A stretch of DNA of 64,000 bases from assembly GCF_011386835.1 (NCBI RefSeq), contig NC_088798.1, positions 108,934,001 to 108,998,000 of the forward strand. Direction: 5' to 3'. The stretch comes from Chrysemys picta bellii. Its lineage: Eukaryota. The translations under genes and the position numbers were made by a program. This document shows, piece by piece, positions 37,871 through 49,926 of the stretch. Below the pieces are notes generated by a model that made no database searches, had not been told where the DNA came from, and saw only the letters and a program-made list of their open reading frames with translations. How positions within the stretch are numbered: position 1 is the stretch's first letter; every line of letters starts with the position of its first letter.

Positions 37871-38411
37871 ATTTCGGGGTGCCCCTTTGTACCAACCTCC
37901 CCGTTCTTTGTCTCTGGCGTCTCCCCGCTCCCAGACGCTCCCGAGTCACTGGGACAGGGCGCTGGCTTACAGCAAGCATCAGCATGGTCAGAGATCGGTC
38001 AGGCTCCCCCAGGGCAGCCCAGAAGTGAGGCAGCTTCCAAGCACGTGAAGAGCCAAATGTGGCAGGTTGCTGGTCTGCTGCACAGGGCATCAGCGCAGCT
38101 CGGACCCCAGTCAGAGGGACTCCGCAGTCCCCTGTGTGCCATGGAGGAGACGGACAGACTGTGCAGCTCGTGGGTCTCTGGGATACGGGGGGCTGTATTA
38201 GAAGGATCAAGGGTTTGTTGGTGTGTAGGGTGTGGCGCACGGCACGGATCCACATTCCCACAAGCCCTTTACACCTCCTACCCCGACAAGTAGCCCTGGG
38301 CCTTATATACCACCCCTCCAATCCCTTTGTTTTCTCCCAGGCACGGGAGAGCAGAGTCCCTCCTTGGAAAGGGGAAAAAACCACAGAGGTAACGAATTCT
38401 GCTGAGTTTGC

Positions 38412-38417
38412 TTTATT
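38412..38417 (-). terminator. PolyA signal of B4
   Basis: AATAAA in the conserved context. Confidence 0.75.
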
Positions 38418-38520
38418 GCACAGACAGGTGGGGAGTCAGCGATGCTGTCAGGAGCCCTGCAAATGGAGGATGAGACGAGACTGTGGCTCCATGCAGGGAT
38501 CTGCTGGTGGGAACTAAATG

Positions 38521-41500
38521 CTAAAGGTCTTCTCTTTCCTTGGCCTCGTCTTGCGACTTGCATTCTCCATAATGCGCAAAGCAAAGACTTCCAAGGTATT
38601 CACTGGAGGGAAAGACAGAGACACAGAACTCAGGGCTGCAATCCTTATGGACAGTGAGAGCAAAGCATTTGTCAAGGCCCCAGTATGTGACATTAACCAG
38701 AGCTTATTGGCTGACAGGAAAAATTACACTGAGATAGTCGACCCAGCCTCTAGGAGGTAAAGACACAGACGCAGGCAGGGCCTTGAATTACCTCACAATT
38801 GTATTTTAGTTTTTGTTAATGGGCCGTTTATTCTGATACTTACTAGACTGATGAACAAAAGTCACATTTGTTGCCATATGTCTGGCCATCAGTGCCACAG
38901 ATAGGGTTGTATTCCCTGGTGCAGCCTTTCGGAGGCTCCTTGTACTCACTGCAGAAACCCTACAAAGAACATTAGTGTTGCTATTAGAGTTATTGTCTGC
39001 ATTTCAGTGGTGCCCCAACGCCCCACTTGCCTCTGAACAGAGAGGGAGGGACACTCCCTGCCCCTGGGAGCTCGCAGTACCTACTCCTGTCCCTTGTCTC
39101 CACTGACGTTCTGATGAACCGACTCCCCAATTCCCCTCTCTCTGTCAGGAGGAGCCGAGCCTGTCTCCCTGGTGTAAGAGATGTTTCTGAACCCACAGCA
39201 CATGGTGTGTGAGCGAAGGGGCATCTCCGTAGGCATCAGATGCTAATCTGACATTACCCAGGGTACAAGCTGGACTGATGAACAGCTGTGGGCCCTTTTA
39301 CACTGCTTTGCTAGGAAAGCAACCACTCCTGTTCCTGCTCACCCACAGCCTCCAGCATGTAAATTACTCTGAGCTGTACGGCATGAGTGCTTTGGCCGGC
39401 CACTCTTGAATTACACTGCAGGGAAACACCAGCAAACTTCCAGTCCCAGACTCTCTCCCAGAAATGTGTGTCTTGTAGTGCCCAGCACCCTCCTGGACAA
39501 TACAAGCTCATATAAAGTCTGTCATTTTATTAATAGAAAATGAAATGCACAAATCCTGTTGTCTCAAATGGAGTTTTCCAAACACTTCAATCCAAACACA
39601 CTGCTTTAGATAAAACAATAAAACAAGTTTCTTATCTACAGAAAGATAGATTTTAAGTGATTACAAGTAACGAGGCATCAAAGTCAGAATTGGGTACAAG
39701 AAAATAAAAGCAAAACACCACTAATGCTTGACTTATCAAGCTAAGTGAATTCAAAGCAAAAGGTCTCTTTCACCAAATGCTTCAGCAGTCTTACTGGGTG
39801 TCCTTTCCACCAGGACCCCTCCCCCAGTCCCATGTTACTTTCCTTGTCCTTCAGGTGTTGGTTTTGTCGTGGGCAGAGAGAAAGGGAGGAGTAACTTGGG
39901 GCGTTTGTTCCCCATTCTTATATTTCCCCCTCTTCTTTGAGCATCATCTCCAGCTGGGATTCATGCGACAGAAAGTTTGTGGGGATGGGAACCTCCAGCT
40001 GTTCCTTTGCCAACAAGTAACTTTCTTGCTCACAACTTTTTACCTGCCAAAGAATGGCCACATAACCACATGATGGTCCATTTGATTATGTTGAGACCGG
40101 GCTGAGGCATCAGTTTGTCTTTTGTCTCTCATTTATGGCTGTTCTCCCAGACTGGGTACATGTCTTATAGAGTAGAATCTTATAACTTTACATACAATGT
40201 TGCCTCACATACTTAACAGGACAATAATGTTCAGCACATTATGAGTTTTCAAATGATACCTCACAAGGCATTCTTTGTACAAAATTTATCATAGTCTTGT
40301 AAAAGGGATGAATATAGGGGTACATACTGTCATACCCGGTCTAAGAGATGCTTCTGAACCCGCATCGTATAGAGTGTGAGTGAAAGAGCATCTCCACAGG
40401 CAGCAGATGTTCAAATATAAAAACCCTCATGGGGGAGGGTCCCAGAGCCCGAACATCTACACAGCCATTTTTAGCCTGCAGCCCACGCCCCCCAAGCTCA
40501 AGTCAGCTGATCCGGTCCAGCCCTGGACGGGCCCTGGGTCTTTGTTCCAGTGTAGACGTACCCATGGGTTCTCAGCCCCAGAAATTCACTCTCCGCTGGC
40601 TAGGGCACTGGGTACAGTCTACTTCTGCTCTGAGTCATGTGCTTTCATAGGTTTCTAACCAGAAATCTCTAAAACCAGAGATTGGGGAAAGTGACTATTA
40701 ATGAACAGGGAGAGTTCGACTTACCTTACCAGCCTGGCCAGCAGCATCTGGAACAAAACAGAATGAGATTGTTTCAGATTCTCTCTCCCATCCTCGTGCT
40801 GGGGTTATTGATGTCCCTAGTTCTGACCAAGTCTTTCTCTTTACTTTTATACAGAGCCTTTTCAAATGTTCTGGTACGGGGTTGTGCCACTAGGGATGTC
40901 AACTCTTGTACCACCTGTATTCACTGAATTGAGATCACAAAGGAGGAACGGGCAAACATTCTTGGTGCTTTCCATAGTGATCCTATTCTAGGCAGGTGTC
41001 TCCTCTACAGGACCTCACCCTCGCCTTTGGGGGAGGTGGGGAGTTTCCTACTTTTCCAGGAACTTCTGAGAAGATCTCAGTGCTATTTGTTTTAACCCTT
41101 CTCCTTCTGGATGAAGGGTAACATTGTATCTACTCATTAAATTCAGTGAAAGGGTTCAGAAAACATTCATGTTGTCAGCAAGACAATCATAAAAATGCAA
41201 AGAAATGTCTTTTTTCTTTCTTTAGAGTTTCATGGTCGATCAGTTCAACCATATAGCGGGATCATGGCTGTGTTAAGCCACCCATAATAAAACAACATCC
41301 ACAGGTTGATCACATCTTTAGCTTTTGAAACACAGGCCCCTGCCATTTGAGCTGAAGAAATCGCTCTGTTAGCTGCCATAATACTCTGATGTTCTTTCAA
41401 AACTACACCCAGCCAACAGAGGCCAAAAAATGTCCATTGACACCAGTGGTAGCAGGATTAGACCCCAAACTATCCACAACAAAAGTGGTTAATGGCTTTG

Positions 41501-43309
41501 CTTTAAAACGCCTGTTATGGAGTACTGCATTTCAGAGGCATTTCATACCACAGCCACTTTTCTGTCATTCGGTTCACCTGTTCTCAACAGGCTGTCTGGT
41601 CCATTCATTGACACTGTCTGGTGCTGGCCTCTGACATTGGACTTCACTTCAGGTATCTTTGTTGTTCCCTGATCTCTCTGTAAGTGTGAGGGGTTTCCTG
41701 GTTTTGCTTCTTGAGCCTGCTCATTAGAGGCTCTGTTGGGAAACTTGTGATCTGGGTATTCAGGAGTTAATTTTCAAAAAGCCAACCTAGAGCACTAGGG
41801 ATTGAATTGTGCCTCGCTGCCTTCGGGAGCAGCCTGCTTTGTCTCTCTCTGTGTTTTGGGTTCTTGTACATTAAGGTTCTGGATTCTGAGAAATCATGTC
41901 GTATTATATTACAAGGATACAGAAAGAGAGTTTTACATTTTACTCTAACATCCATTTGGATGGTATGAACATAACACTGCACACTCCGCCAGGTACCCCA
42001 CAACAGGCTGTCTGGTCCATTCATTGCCTCTGTCTGAAAAATACCAGAACACTAAAGGTTGTGTCTCAGCAGCTGTTTTGCAGGATCCAGGATCTCACGG
42101 GCAGCCAATAAAACCTCAGCAGCTTTTGACTCTCTCTCTCTCTCTCCATTATTTGAGTGTCTCTTCCGAGTCAAGCCATAGCACAGAATTACATCAGCAA
42201 TTACTCAATTCTAATGCGATGTTTCATTCGGAACAGGTCTGACTGTTTGTTAATGAACTTAACAATCCAATTGACTAAGATATCAGTCCCCCAAGTGAAG
42301 ATTATCTGTATTAAGGAGCTCTGGATAACGGGATCATTCAGCATTACAAGGTAGGGATTTAACCAAAAAAAGCAAGTGTTTGGAGAGGATCTAAATCTTC
42401 TAATTTCTACTTTGGCAATGCCATAGAGCTTGTCATGCTAATAAAGTATCGTTGACTTGAATTAATTCAGGGCATGAAGCAACTCCTAAGTAATACAAGG
42501 TAAGAAGAAATTTTTGCTGTGGGAAGCTTCTCTCAGAACTGCCGAGGGCCTTGTACATCGCTCTAAATACACTGGCATAGGCTAGTGTTGGAAACAGAGA
42601 TTGGGTAGCTGGGTGCCTGGTCTGATCCCGAGTGGGAATTTTTGATTCTTGATGCTAAGGTGACTAGATAAAAAGTGTGAAAAATCCGGACGGGAATGGG
42701 GGCTAATAGGCACCTATATAAGAAAAAGCCCCGAATATTGGGATTGTCCCTATAAAATCAGTACATTTGGTCACCGTACCTGATGGCCTCTTTGTGGAGT
42801 TTCATAATAAACAATGACAGGAATTAAAATTATTTAAACAACTGGATCAAGAATTTTACTGCCAACCACCTCAACCTCAACAAAATAATCAGAAAACAAC
42901 CAGAACGGTAAATGAGAAGAAATTCAGAAAGAAAGGGGATTCCATGGATGTTTGGTTTCTAGGAGCTGTGAATCAGTTTCTGGCAGAGTCAGTGATATCC
43001 CAGCCCAGAGAGAACCCCGGGAACAGCCCTTCCGAGCTCTGGGATCGGTGCAGGGAGGTTAGAGCTCCTACAATCAGCTCAATGTCCAGGCTGTGCAGTG
43101 GCATCTCAGAAATAAACCAGCTGCTCCTGGAATCAGCCACTGTGGGGATGTGCGAACCCCTGTATAGATCAGAGTGAGGCTGGCCCCGACCTTTCAGGGG
43201 GCAGAGGTATCAGAGCAGGGCTCAGCACAGGCTACAATAAAAGTGACTCACCCGAGTAGAAGCAGCAAAGTGCCAGAGCGAAGAGCAGAATGGCCCCTGT
43301 TATCTTCAT
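38521..43309 (-). CDS. Kazal-type serine protease inhibitor B4, 92 aa, P1=Arg, C-terminal REDL
   Basis: Exons 43252-43309, 40725-40747, 38844-38959 and 38521-38602. Protein [92 protein letters not shown]. Confidence 0.93.
39248..40334. mobile_element. LTR-like insertion in B4 intron 2
   Basis: Near-identical to 22428-23517. Confidence 0.6.
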
Positions 43310-43386
43310 GGCGGACGTGGCTGTCTGGTCTGCACTGGGCTCTTGGTGCTCTGCTCCCTCAGTAAACCCCACAGACAGAGCCCCAC

Positions 43387-43394
43387 TATATATA
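43387..43394 (-). promoter_or_regulatory. TATA box of B4
   Basis: TATATATA at the conserved spacing. Confidence 0.75.
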
Positions 43395-43771
43395 GGGTGT
43401 CGGAGAACCCACCTTCATTGTGACATCATCCTAAATAGTCACTCACAACTCCGGCAACCGGAAGCAAAGCTCTCGAGGGGAATGCCAAGCTGTGAACAAT
43501 GTTTCCTCCACAAGAAGTTTCCAGGATAAGTTGGAGGAGGTTACAAGTCACACCCTTGATTTGGTGAATAATGGCGTAGTTATGTGGGCTGAGTGCTCAC
43601 CATGGTGCACATGGGCACCCAAACCTGGATATGCCTGTTTGTCATGACTGCGAGTGCAGAACATATTGCTCATGGTGCACGTTAAAGGCACTGACCCAAC
43701 CAAGCACCTGATACTTACTGTTTTACCAGCCTCTTTTGGCCAGACTCTGCAGTAGGTCCCAGCAGCAGGGG

Positions 43772-44460
43772 TGTGGTGCGGTGAGACTCACCGGCACAGC
43801 ACCTCCTGCTGGTTGTCTCGGGAATTAGCTCTTCCAGCCCAGAGTGCCCTCTGCCGGCTGATGTCTCGCCTGCCACTGGCCCCCGTGTCCCTCCTGGACC
43901 CCGGTGCCCTTTGCCAGGGGTTCTCCCACCACAGCAACCCACAATCTGGGTCTCCCCACCAAGGGAACCCCCAATGCCCTATCTCCACCTCACCTCAGTG
44001 GCTACTGCCAGTCTCCATCTAGTCCCCACTCACTGGGGAAGATGCAGTCTGTTAACCACTCCTCATCGGCCAGGGGGGTTGGATCAACTGCCTCTGCCTA
44101 TCTCTGGGCTGCCCCCTGCAGCCCTAGTGCCCTTTTGTGGGTCCTTAACTCAGCCTGCAGCCTGGGGCTTTGCTAGGCGGGAGCTCCCGAGCTCCCTCTG
44201 CCCTTCCCCAGCACTGCTCCGCCCTAGGTCCCCTCCTCAGCTCCCAGGCAGCCAGGGTCCTTCTCTCTCAAGAGGCTAGAGAGAGAGTCTGTCTCAGTCT
44301 CTAGCCCTTAGCCTCTTATAGGGCCAACTGTGGTCTGATTGGGGCGTGGCCCCAGCTGTGGCTGCTTCCCCCAATCAGCCCAGCTTTTCCCCCGCTGCAA
44401 CCCTCTCCCAGGGTTGTTTTAAGCCCTCCAGGGCAGGAGCGGGGTGACCACCCTGCTACC
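43772..44460. mobile_element. Solo LTR upstream of B4
   Basis: AGGGG target duplication at 43767-43771 and 44461-44465. The site is empty in B3 (about 27425) and B6 (about 53862). Confidence 0.88.
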
Positions 44461-45254
44461 AGGGGGCAAAGCTGACCGTAAGCGACTGCCATGCTGTCCT
44501 GATCTTGCAAGTATTCTGCCCGGAGCCGGTGCCTGGCTTAGTTTAGAGGCGCTAGAGGGCAGGTCTAACTCATTCCACCGGCCTGTGACCCCAAGAAGCC
44601 GTTTCCAATGTCGTGAGATTCCAGGATCTTGGTTCTGTCCCTTTCCTGGCTGTGCGCCCTGCGGCAGCTGCAGTGATGGGGTGACCCAGGAGTTGATTGG
44701 GACCTGGAGATCCCGGTGCACAGGGGAGATGCTGCTGTGCCCAGCGAATCCATCGTTAAGGCAGCTTTGCGATGGTGCCGCGCCATTAAACTGCCAGAAC
44801 TCAGGGAAGGCTCTGACTCGTCAGCTCCTTGTGGAGCCTGGGAGCCGCAGGGTTGGAGGGTCGGGGCTAGCTGGGCCCAGTACAGTCCTTTATCCCCTTC
44901 CATCCCAGTGTGGGGTTTGTACACCCCATCCCAGGAGCCCATCCCCACCAATCCCTTGCTGTTCTCCCAGGCAAAGAGCTTTTCCTGCAGCTTTGCTCCA
45001 CTGATAACACTCAGGTCTGGAAGTGAGTCAGAGACAGGGAACGTATCTGAGGCTTGCGTAGGGATTTCTCTAGGAGGACAGGGCACGGCAGGAGGTGACT
45101 GTCTCATTTAGTGCCTGTGACTGGTTACTGCACTTTGTGTTCTCATTAACTCAGTCTGTAAGCTGGGGAGAGCCCGTGTGAGACACGGGAGAGCAGAGCC
45201 CTTCCTTGGAAAGGGGAAAAAAACCACAGAGGTAACGAAATGTGCTGAGTTTGC

Positions 45255-45260
45255 TTTATT
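45255..45260 (-). terminator. PolyA signal of A5
   Basis: AATAAA in the conserved context. Confidence 0.75.
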
Positions 45261-45403
45261 GGACATGCAGGGGGATAGTCAGTGATGCTGTCAGGAGCCC
45301 TGGAAATGGAGGATGAGAACGTGGCTCCATGCGGGGATCTGCTGGTGGGAACTAGAAGCAAATGGGGGTCAGCTCCATATCAACGCTCGGCACCCCTGAG
45401 GAT

Positions 45404-47201
45404 TCAGCATTCTCCCAGTCGCGCAAAGCAAAGACTTCCAAGGTTTTCACTAGGGGGAAAGTCAGAGACACAGAACTCAGGACTGCAACCCTTACGGGCA
45501 ATGAGAGTAACCTTCTGTAAGGGCCCCAGTCAAATAACCAAATAACCAGAGCCCTTTTGCTGACAGGAAAAATTAGACTAAGTTTACCCAGCCTCCAGGA
45601 GGTAAAGACAGAGGGGCGCAGGCAAGGGCTTGAATTACATCATAATTCTGTTTTCATTTTTATGAATAACCTATTTATTCTGTAAAAAGTGACAGAGAGT
45701 CCTGTGGCACCTTATAGACTACAGACGTATTGGAGCATAAGCTTTCGTGGGGGAATACCCACTTCGTCATTCATGAGGTTGATGGATTTCCACTCCATAT
45801 GGCTAAATGCAGTGCCTTGCGTGGTGTCAAGTATCAGAGGGGTAGCCGTGTTAGTCTGGATCAATGTATTTATTCTGTTACTTACAAGACTTCTTTGCAA
45901 AAGAAGCATTTGTTGCTGTGTGATCTGCCATCAGTGCCACAAACAGGACTGTACTCCCGGGTGCAGGCAGATGGAGGCCTCTGGTACTCACTGCAGAAAC
46001 CCTACAATGGTGTTAATATCACTGTCAATGTTATTGCCTGTATTGCAGTAGTGCCCCGACGTTCCCCTGGTGCTGGGTGTGCTGTGAACACAGAGGAACG
46101 GACAGTCCCTGCCCTCAGAGCTCACAGTCTAATCCTGTCTCTCGTCTCCTTCGTGGTTCTGATGAACTGACTTCCCAATTCCCCTCTCGCTGCCAGGGGG
46201 AGCCGAGCCCGTCTCCCTGGTCCACAAGACTCTTCCGAACCCGCATCACAAGGTATCTGAGCAAAGGGGTGTCAATGCAGGCAGCTGATGCCCAAATATA
46301 AAGAACCTCATGTTCTTGTGATACTGTCCCCTCCCCCGTTCCATCTCTGAGCTGTTCCCAGTGCCTCCCCCAGGCCCATCACAGACCGTGTCCTGTCCAG
46401 TAGTGTATGAAGTCCGTCCCTCGGACCACATGGCGTCTCAGCCCCAGGGATTCGCTCTCCCCTCACTAGGGCCTGGGGGAGAGTCTGCTCCCACATTGAC
46501 TCATGAGTTCCAGCGTGTTTCTAACCCAGAGCTCCTGGCCGCCATGATGCTACATACCAGGGATCGGGGCAAGTGACAATTGATTGACAGTGAGACTTAG
46601 ACTCACCTGATGACCTTGGCCGACAGAGTCTGAAAGAAAACAGACACAAAGGACACAACTAAGGGAAATGTCAGAGGAAAATCAGCTAAAAACATTTAGC
46701 TCTGCCTATGACGACGGATGCAAATTGCTAACCAGCAACTGGGCCACGGGAAGGAGTCCTGCACTCTCATCCAGTTGCTGTGATAAATAGAAACATGGGG
46801 AGTAATGCACCCACAGTCTGACCTGAAAGCACAGAAGATTAGGGTTGGAAGAGACCTTTGGAGGTTATCTAGTCCAACCCCCGAATACTATCACTGGGCC
46901 TACAATTAACTGCAGGCGCGATTGTTTGGAGTTCCCAGAGTGGAGTTTGGTTAAAAGCCCATAATGGCCCCTCAGTAACATCTTTCCAAAGGAAATGGCT
47001 GTTTCTGCCATGAGCCACTTCCCCGCTTATGACACCCAAACGTCCATAACTGGTGCTCGGCTGGTCTTTAACAGTTGAGCCCCGGCTGAAGGTTAGAGGG
47101 TCAGACACAGCGCTCTGTACAGGCTGCAGCAAAAGTTACTCACCCTGAAAGCTGGGGACGAGCCCCAGAGCGAGGAACACAACGACAGCTGCTGTCTTCA
47201 T
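45404..47201 (-). CDS. Kazal-type serine protease inhibitor A5, 80 aa, P1=Arg
   Basis: Exons 47144-47201, 46607-46629, 45886-46001 and 45404-45449. Protein [80 protein letters not shown]. Confidence 0.92.
45684..45862 (-). mobile_element. Penelope fragment in A5 intron 3
   Basis: Homology to the Penelope terminus and ORF start (MEWKSINLM); TATTTATTCTGT is duplicated at 45672-45683 and 45867-45878. Confidence 0.85.
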
Positions 47202-47289
47202 GGTGGACGTGGTTCGTGGGTCTGCTGGAGTCTGTTAGTGCTGAGCTCTGCAGATGCTCTCCCAATGCAGCCCAAGGGAGGAGACCTCA

Positions 47290-47297
47290 TATATATA
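47290..47297 (-). promoter_or_regulatory. TATA box of A5
   Basis: TATATATA at the conserved spacing. Confidence 0.75.
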
Positions 47298-49772
47298 GAC
47301 AAGAGGTTGGGCTCTCCAATTGGATTATGAAATCCCTCTTGAAATGGTCACTGAGGCTACAAACCAGTACAATGAATGGTCATTCCCTATTCCTAATTTA
47401 TCATGTCTGGTTGGTCATCTAAGTCAAATGGGCATTTGGTGCCCCCTGATTGGTTGGTTGAAACTTTTGCAAAAGGAGGATCGCGTGTGCCAACTAACAA
47501 ATAACAAATACTCTTGTTACGAACGACACTCGTCATTGTCACATGATCACAGGGGTTGGCATGAAGAACAGCAGTTCCCAAACCCTAATGTAAACAATCC
47601 CACATTACTGGATGCTCGTAAGTAGGGCAAGAATGTGGCTGTATCAAATGCCCTTTGGGAACTGCAATAAATATTAATGGGGAAGGTTAAACTGCCCTGA
47701 CATACACGGGTGAATTCAACGTCAGACTTTGTAAATCGTGTCGCACCTGCAGAGGAAGGCAGGTTATTTACATTCGATCAGGTGTGTCTGGGGCTCTGTT
47801 GGTTGCTGAGAACTGCCACCTTGCATCCCAGTCACATTCATCTTTGCTGTCCTGCACCAGAAACCGGCATATTCCAGGGTCCATGCCCCCTGTCCCTCAC
47901 ACACTGCCAGCCACTTTACCATTCAAGCCCCTGCCAGTCTGTTGGTAACAGCAGCTGGGAAATTCGATCTGGGCCAGGAGGGAGGGGAAGCGGCCATGTG
48001 GCACCAGTGTGCAGCCAGTAGCCCCGTGTCCATATGTTAATGGGGACAGGGCGAGCTCCCTCAGGCAGCCCCGAACTACGGCAGCGGATAGGTCTGGTGG
48101 GATCCAGGGGAGCGGGACGAGCAGAGGCTGTGCTGCATGGGGCAGGAAGGCAGCACAGATCCCATGCGGAGGGACCCCTTCGCCCCTTGTGCACCAGGGA
48201 GATCATGGCTGGGGTCAGGGTACAGGTCTCTGCCGCGGGGATCGGGAGGGACGTGGGGTCGCTGTGGGCTATGGCACAGTGGGGCTGTACATGGCCCCAG
48301 TGCTGCTGGGGGGAAGTGGTGGGATGTTCCCTTCTCCGCTCCCAAACACAGGAGCAGCTGTGCACTGGGTAACTGTCTGGGGGCGCCGGGCTCTGCTTCT
48401 GGGCTGGGGATTCCTCCTCCCCTCTGCCCCAGGCAAAGCCCTTGAACTCTGGCTTCGCTCTTGGCTCCAGGACTTGCACCATTGAAAATACGGGGATGAG
48501 CCTGCTGACTCGTCACTGGGCCCTGTGACAGCCCAGGTCAGTGCCTGGCTGGTTCAGAGCCCCATAGTCCCTCCAGCACAGGGCCTGTGGTCGGGGGAGA
48601 AGGTGCTGTGGATAGCTCGAGGCAGGGCCAGGGCTGGAGCACAGCGTAACCAATCCCAGGCTTCAAAATTCATGATTCCGGACACCACAATCCCAGGACT
48701 GGGATAAGGATAATAAACGGGTCGGGGGGATTTTGATTTGCCTGCTGGTGCTTGATCCCTTAGTTGTCACATTTCCCAGCTTGCCTCTGAAATCACAAGG
48801 GCAGAAACTCTCGTTTTTAAAGGAAAGCCGAGACGCCCCCATGTCTCCTGGGTCCAGGAGCTGGGGCTTTCAGAGCAGCAACCATGGTGAGACTCATCGG
48901 GGGAATCACGGGGCACGGCAGGTCCGCAGGCTGGGAGCGGCTGCAAGGGTGACGCCCATATAGCAGGCAGCCGAGGGCTGGGACTGGCGGGCCTGAGGGC
49001 CAGGCTGGGGAGCAGCCTGTGGCTGACAAAGGAGAGGGCCATGGGGAGGGGACCAAAGGCCGGGACCCCGGCTGGGGGACCTGCAAGCCCATGTGTGATG
49101 GTCTCTGGGATGGAGGGGGGTATTCCTGGCACCAGGCTGAGGAACCCCCCACATCCTGCTGTGTCAGTCGGCCCTGAGGAGCTGGGCTGGGAACTGTGGA
49201 GTTTAGCAGTGGTTTGTGGTAACTTTGAAGCCGTTGTACCCAGGGTACAAGGTTGGCAGGTTGTTGGTCTGCTGCACAGGGGCATGAGGGCAGCACGGAG
49301 CCTGGCCAGAGGGACTCCGCAGTCCCCTGTGCACCATGGAGGAGACGGACGGACTGTGCAGCTCATGGGTCTCTGGGGGGGCAGGGTTGGGAGGAAAGTG
49401 GGGCGGTTATTGGGGAAGGGGGCACCCCACAGCATGGATCGACATGGCCACACCCACACCGGGGCAAGGAGAAGGACAAGCCCTTTACACCCTGACAAGT
49501 AGCCCTGTGACCTGCGTTTGGGTTGTGGATCCTATATCCTCCCATCCCTTGCTGTTCTCCCAGGCAAAGACCTTTTACTGGGGCTTTGCTCATGGTATTG
49601 AGAACACTCAGGTCTGGAAGGGAGTCAGATACAGGGAACGTGTCTGGGGTTTGTGTTCTCATTAACTCCGGTCTGTAAGCTGGGGGGAGCCCGTGTGAGA
49701 CACGGGAGAGCAGAGTCCCTCCTTGGAAAGGGGAAAAAAAACCACAGAGGTAACGAATTCTGCTGAGTTTGC

Positions 49773-49778
49773 TTTATT
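49773..49778 (-). terminator. PolyA signal of B6
   Basis: AATAAA in the conserved context. Confidence 0.75.
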
Positions 49779-49926
49779 GGACATGCAGGGGGATAGTCAG
49801 CGACGCTGTCAGGAGCCCTGGAAATGGAGGATGAGAAGAGAACGTGGCTCCATGCGGAGATCTGCTGGTGGGAACTAGAAGCAAATGGGGTTCGGCTCCA
49901 TATCAGCGCTCGGCACCCCCAAGGAT

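Noticed and set aside
48767-49498. 243-aa and overlapping ORFs between B6 and A5
   Set aside because: GC-rich repeat or spacer sequence whose homologous copies (19.2-19.7 kb, 37.9-38.3 kb) do not keep the frame.
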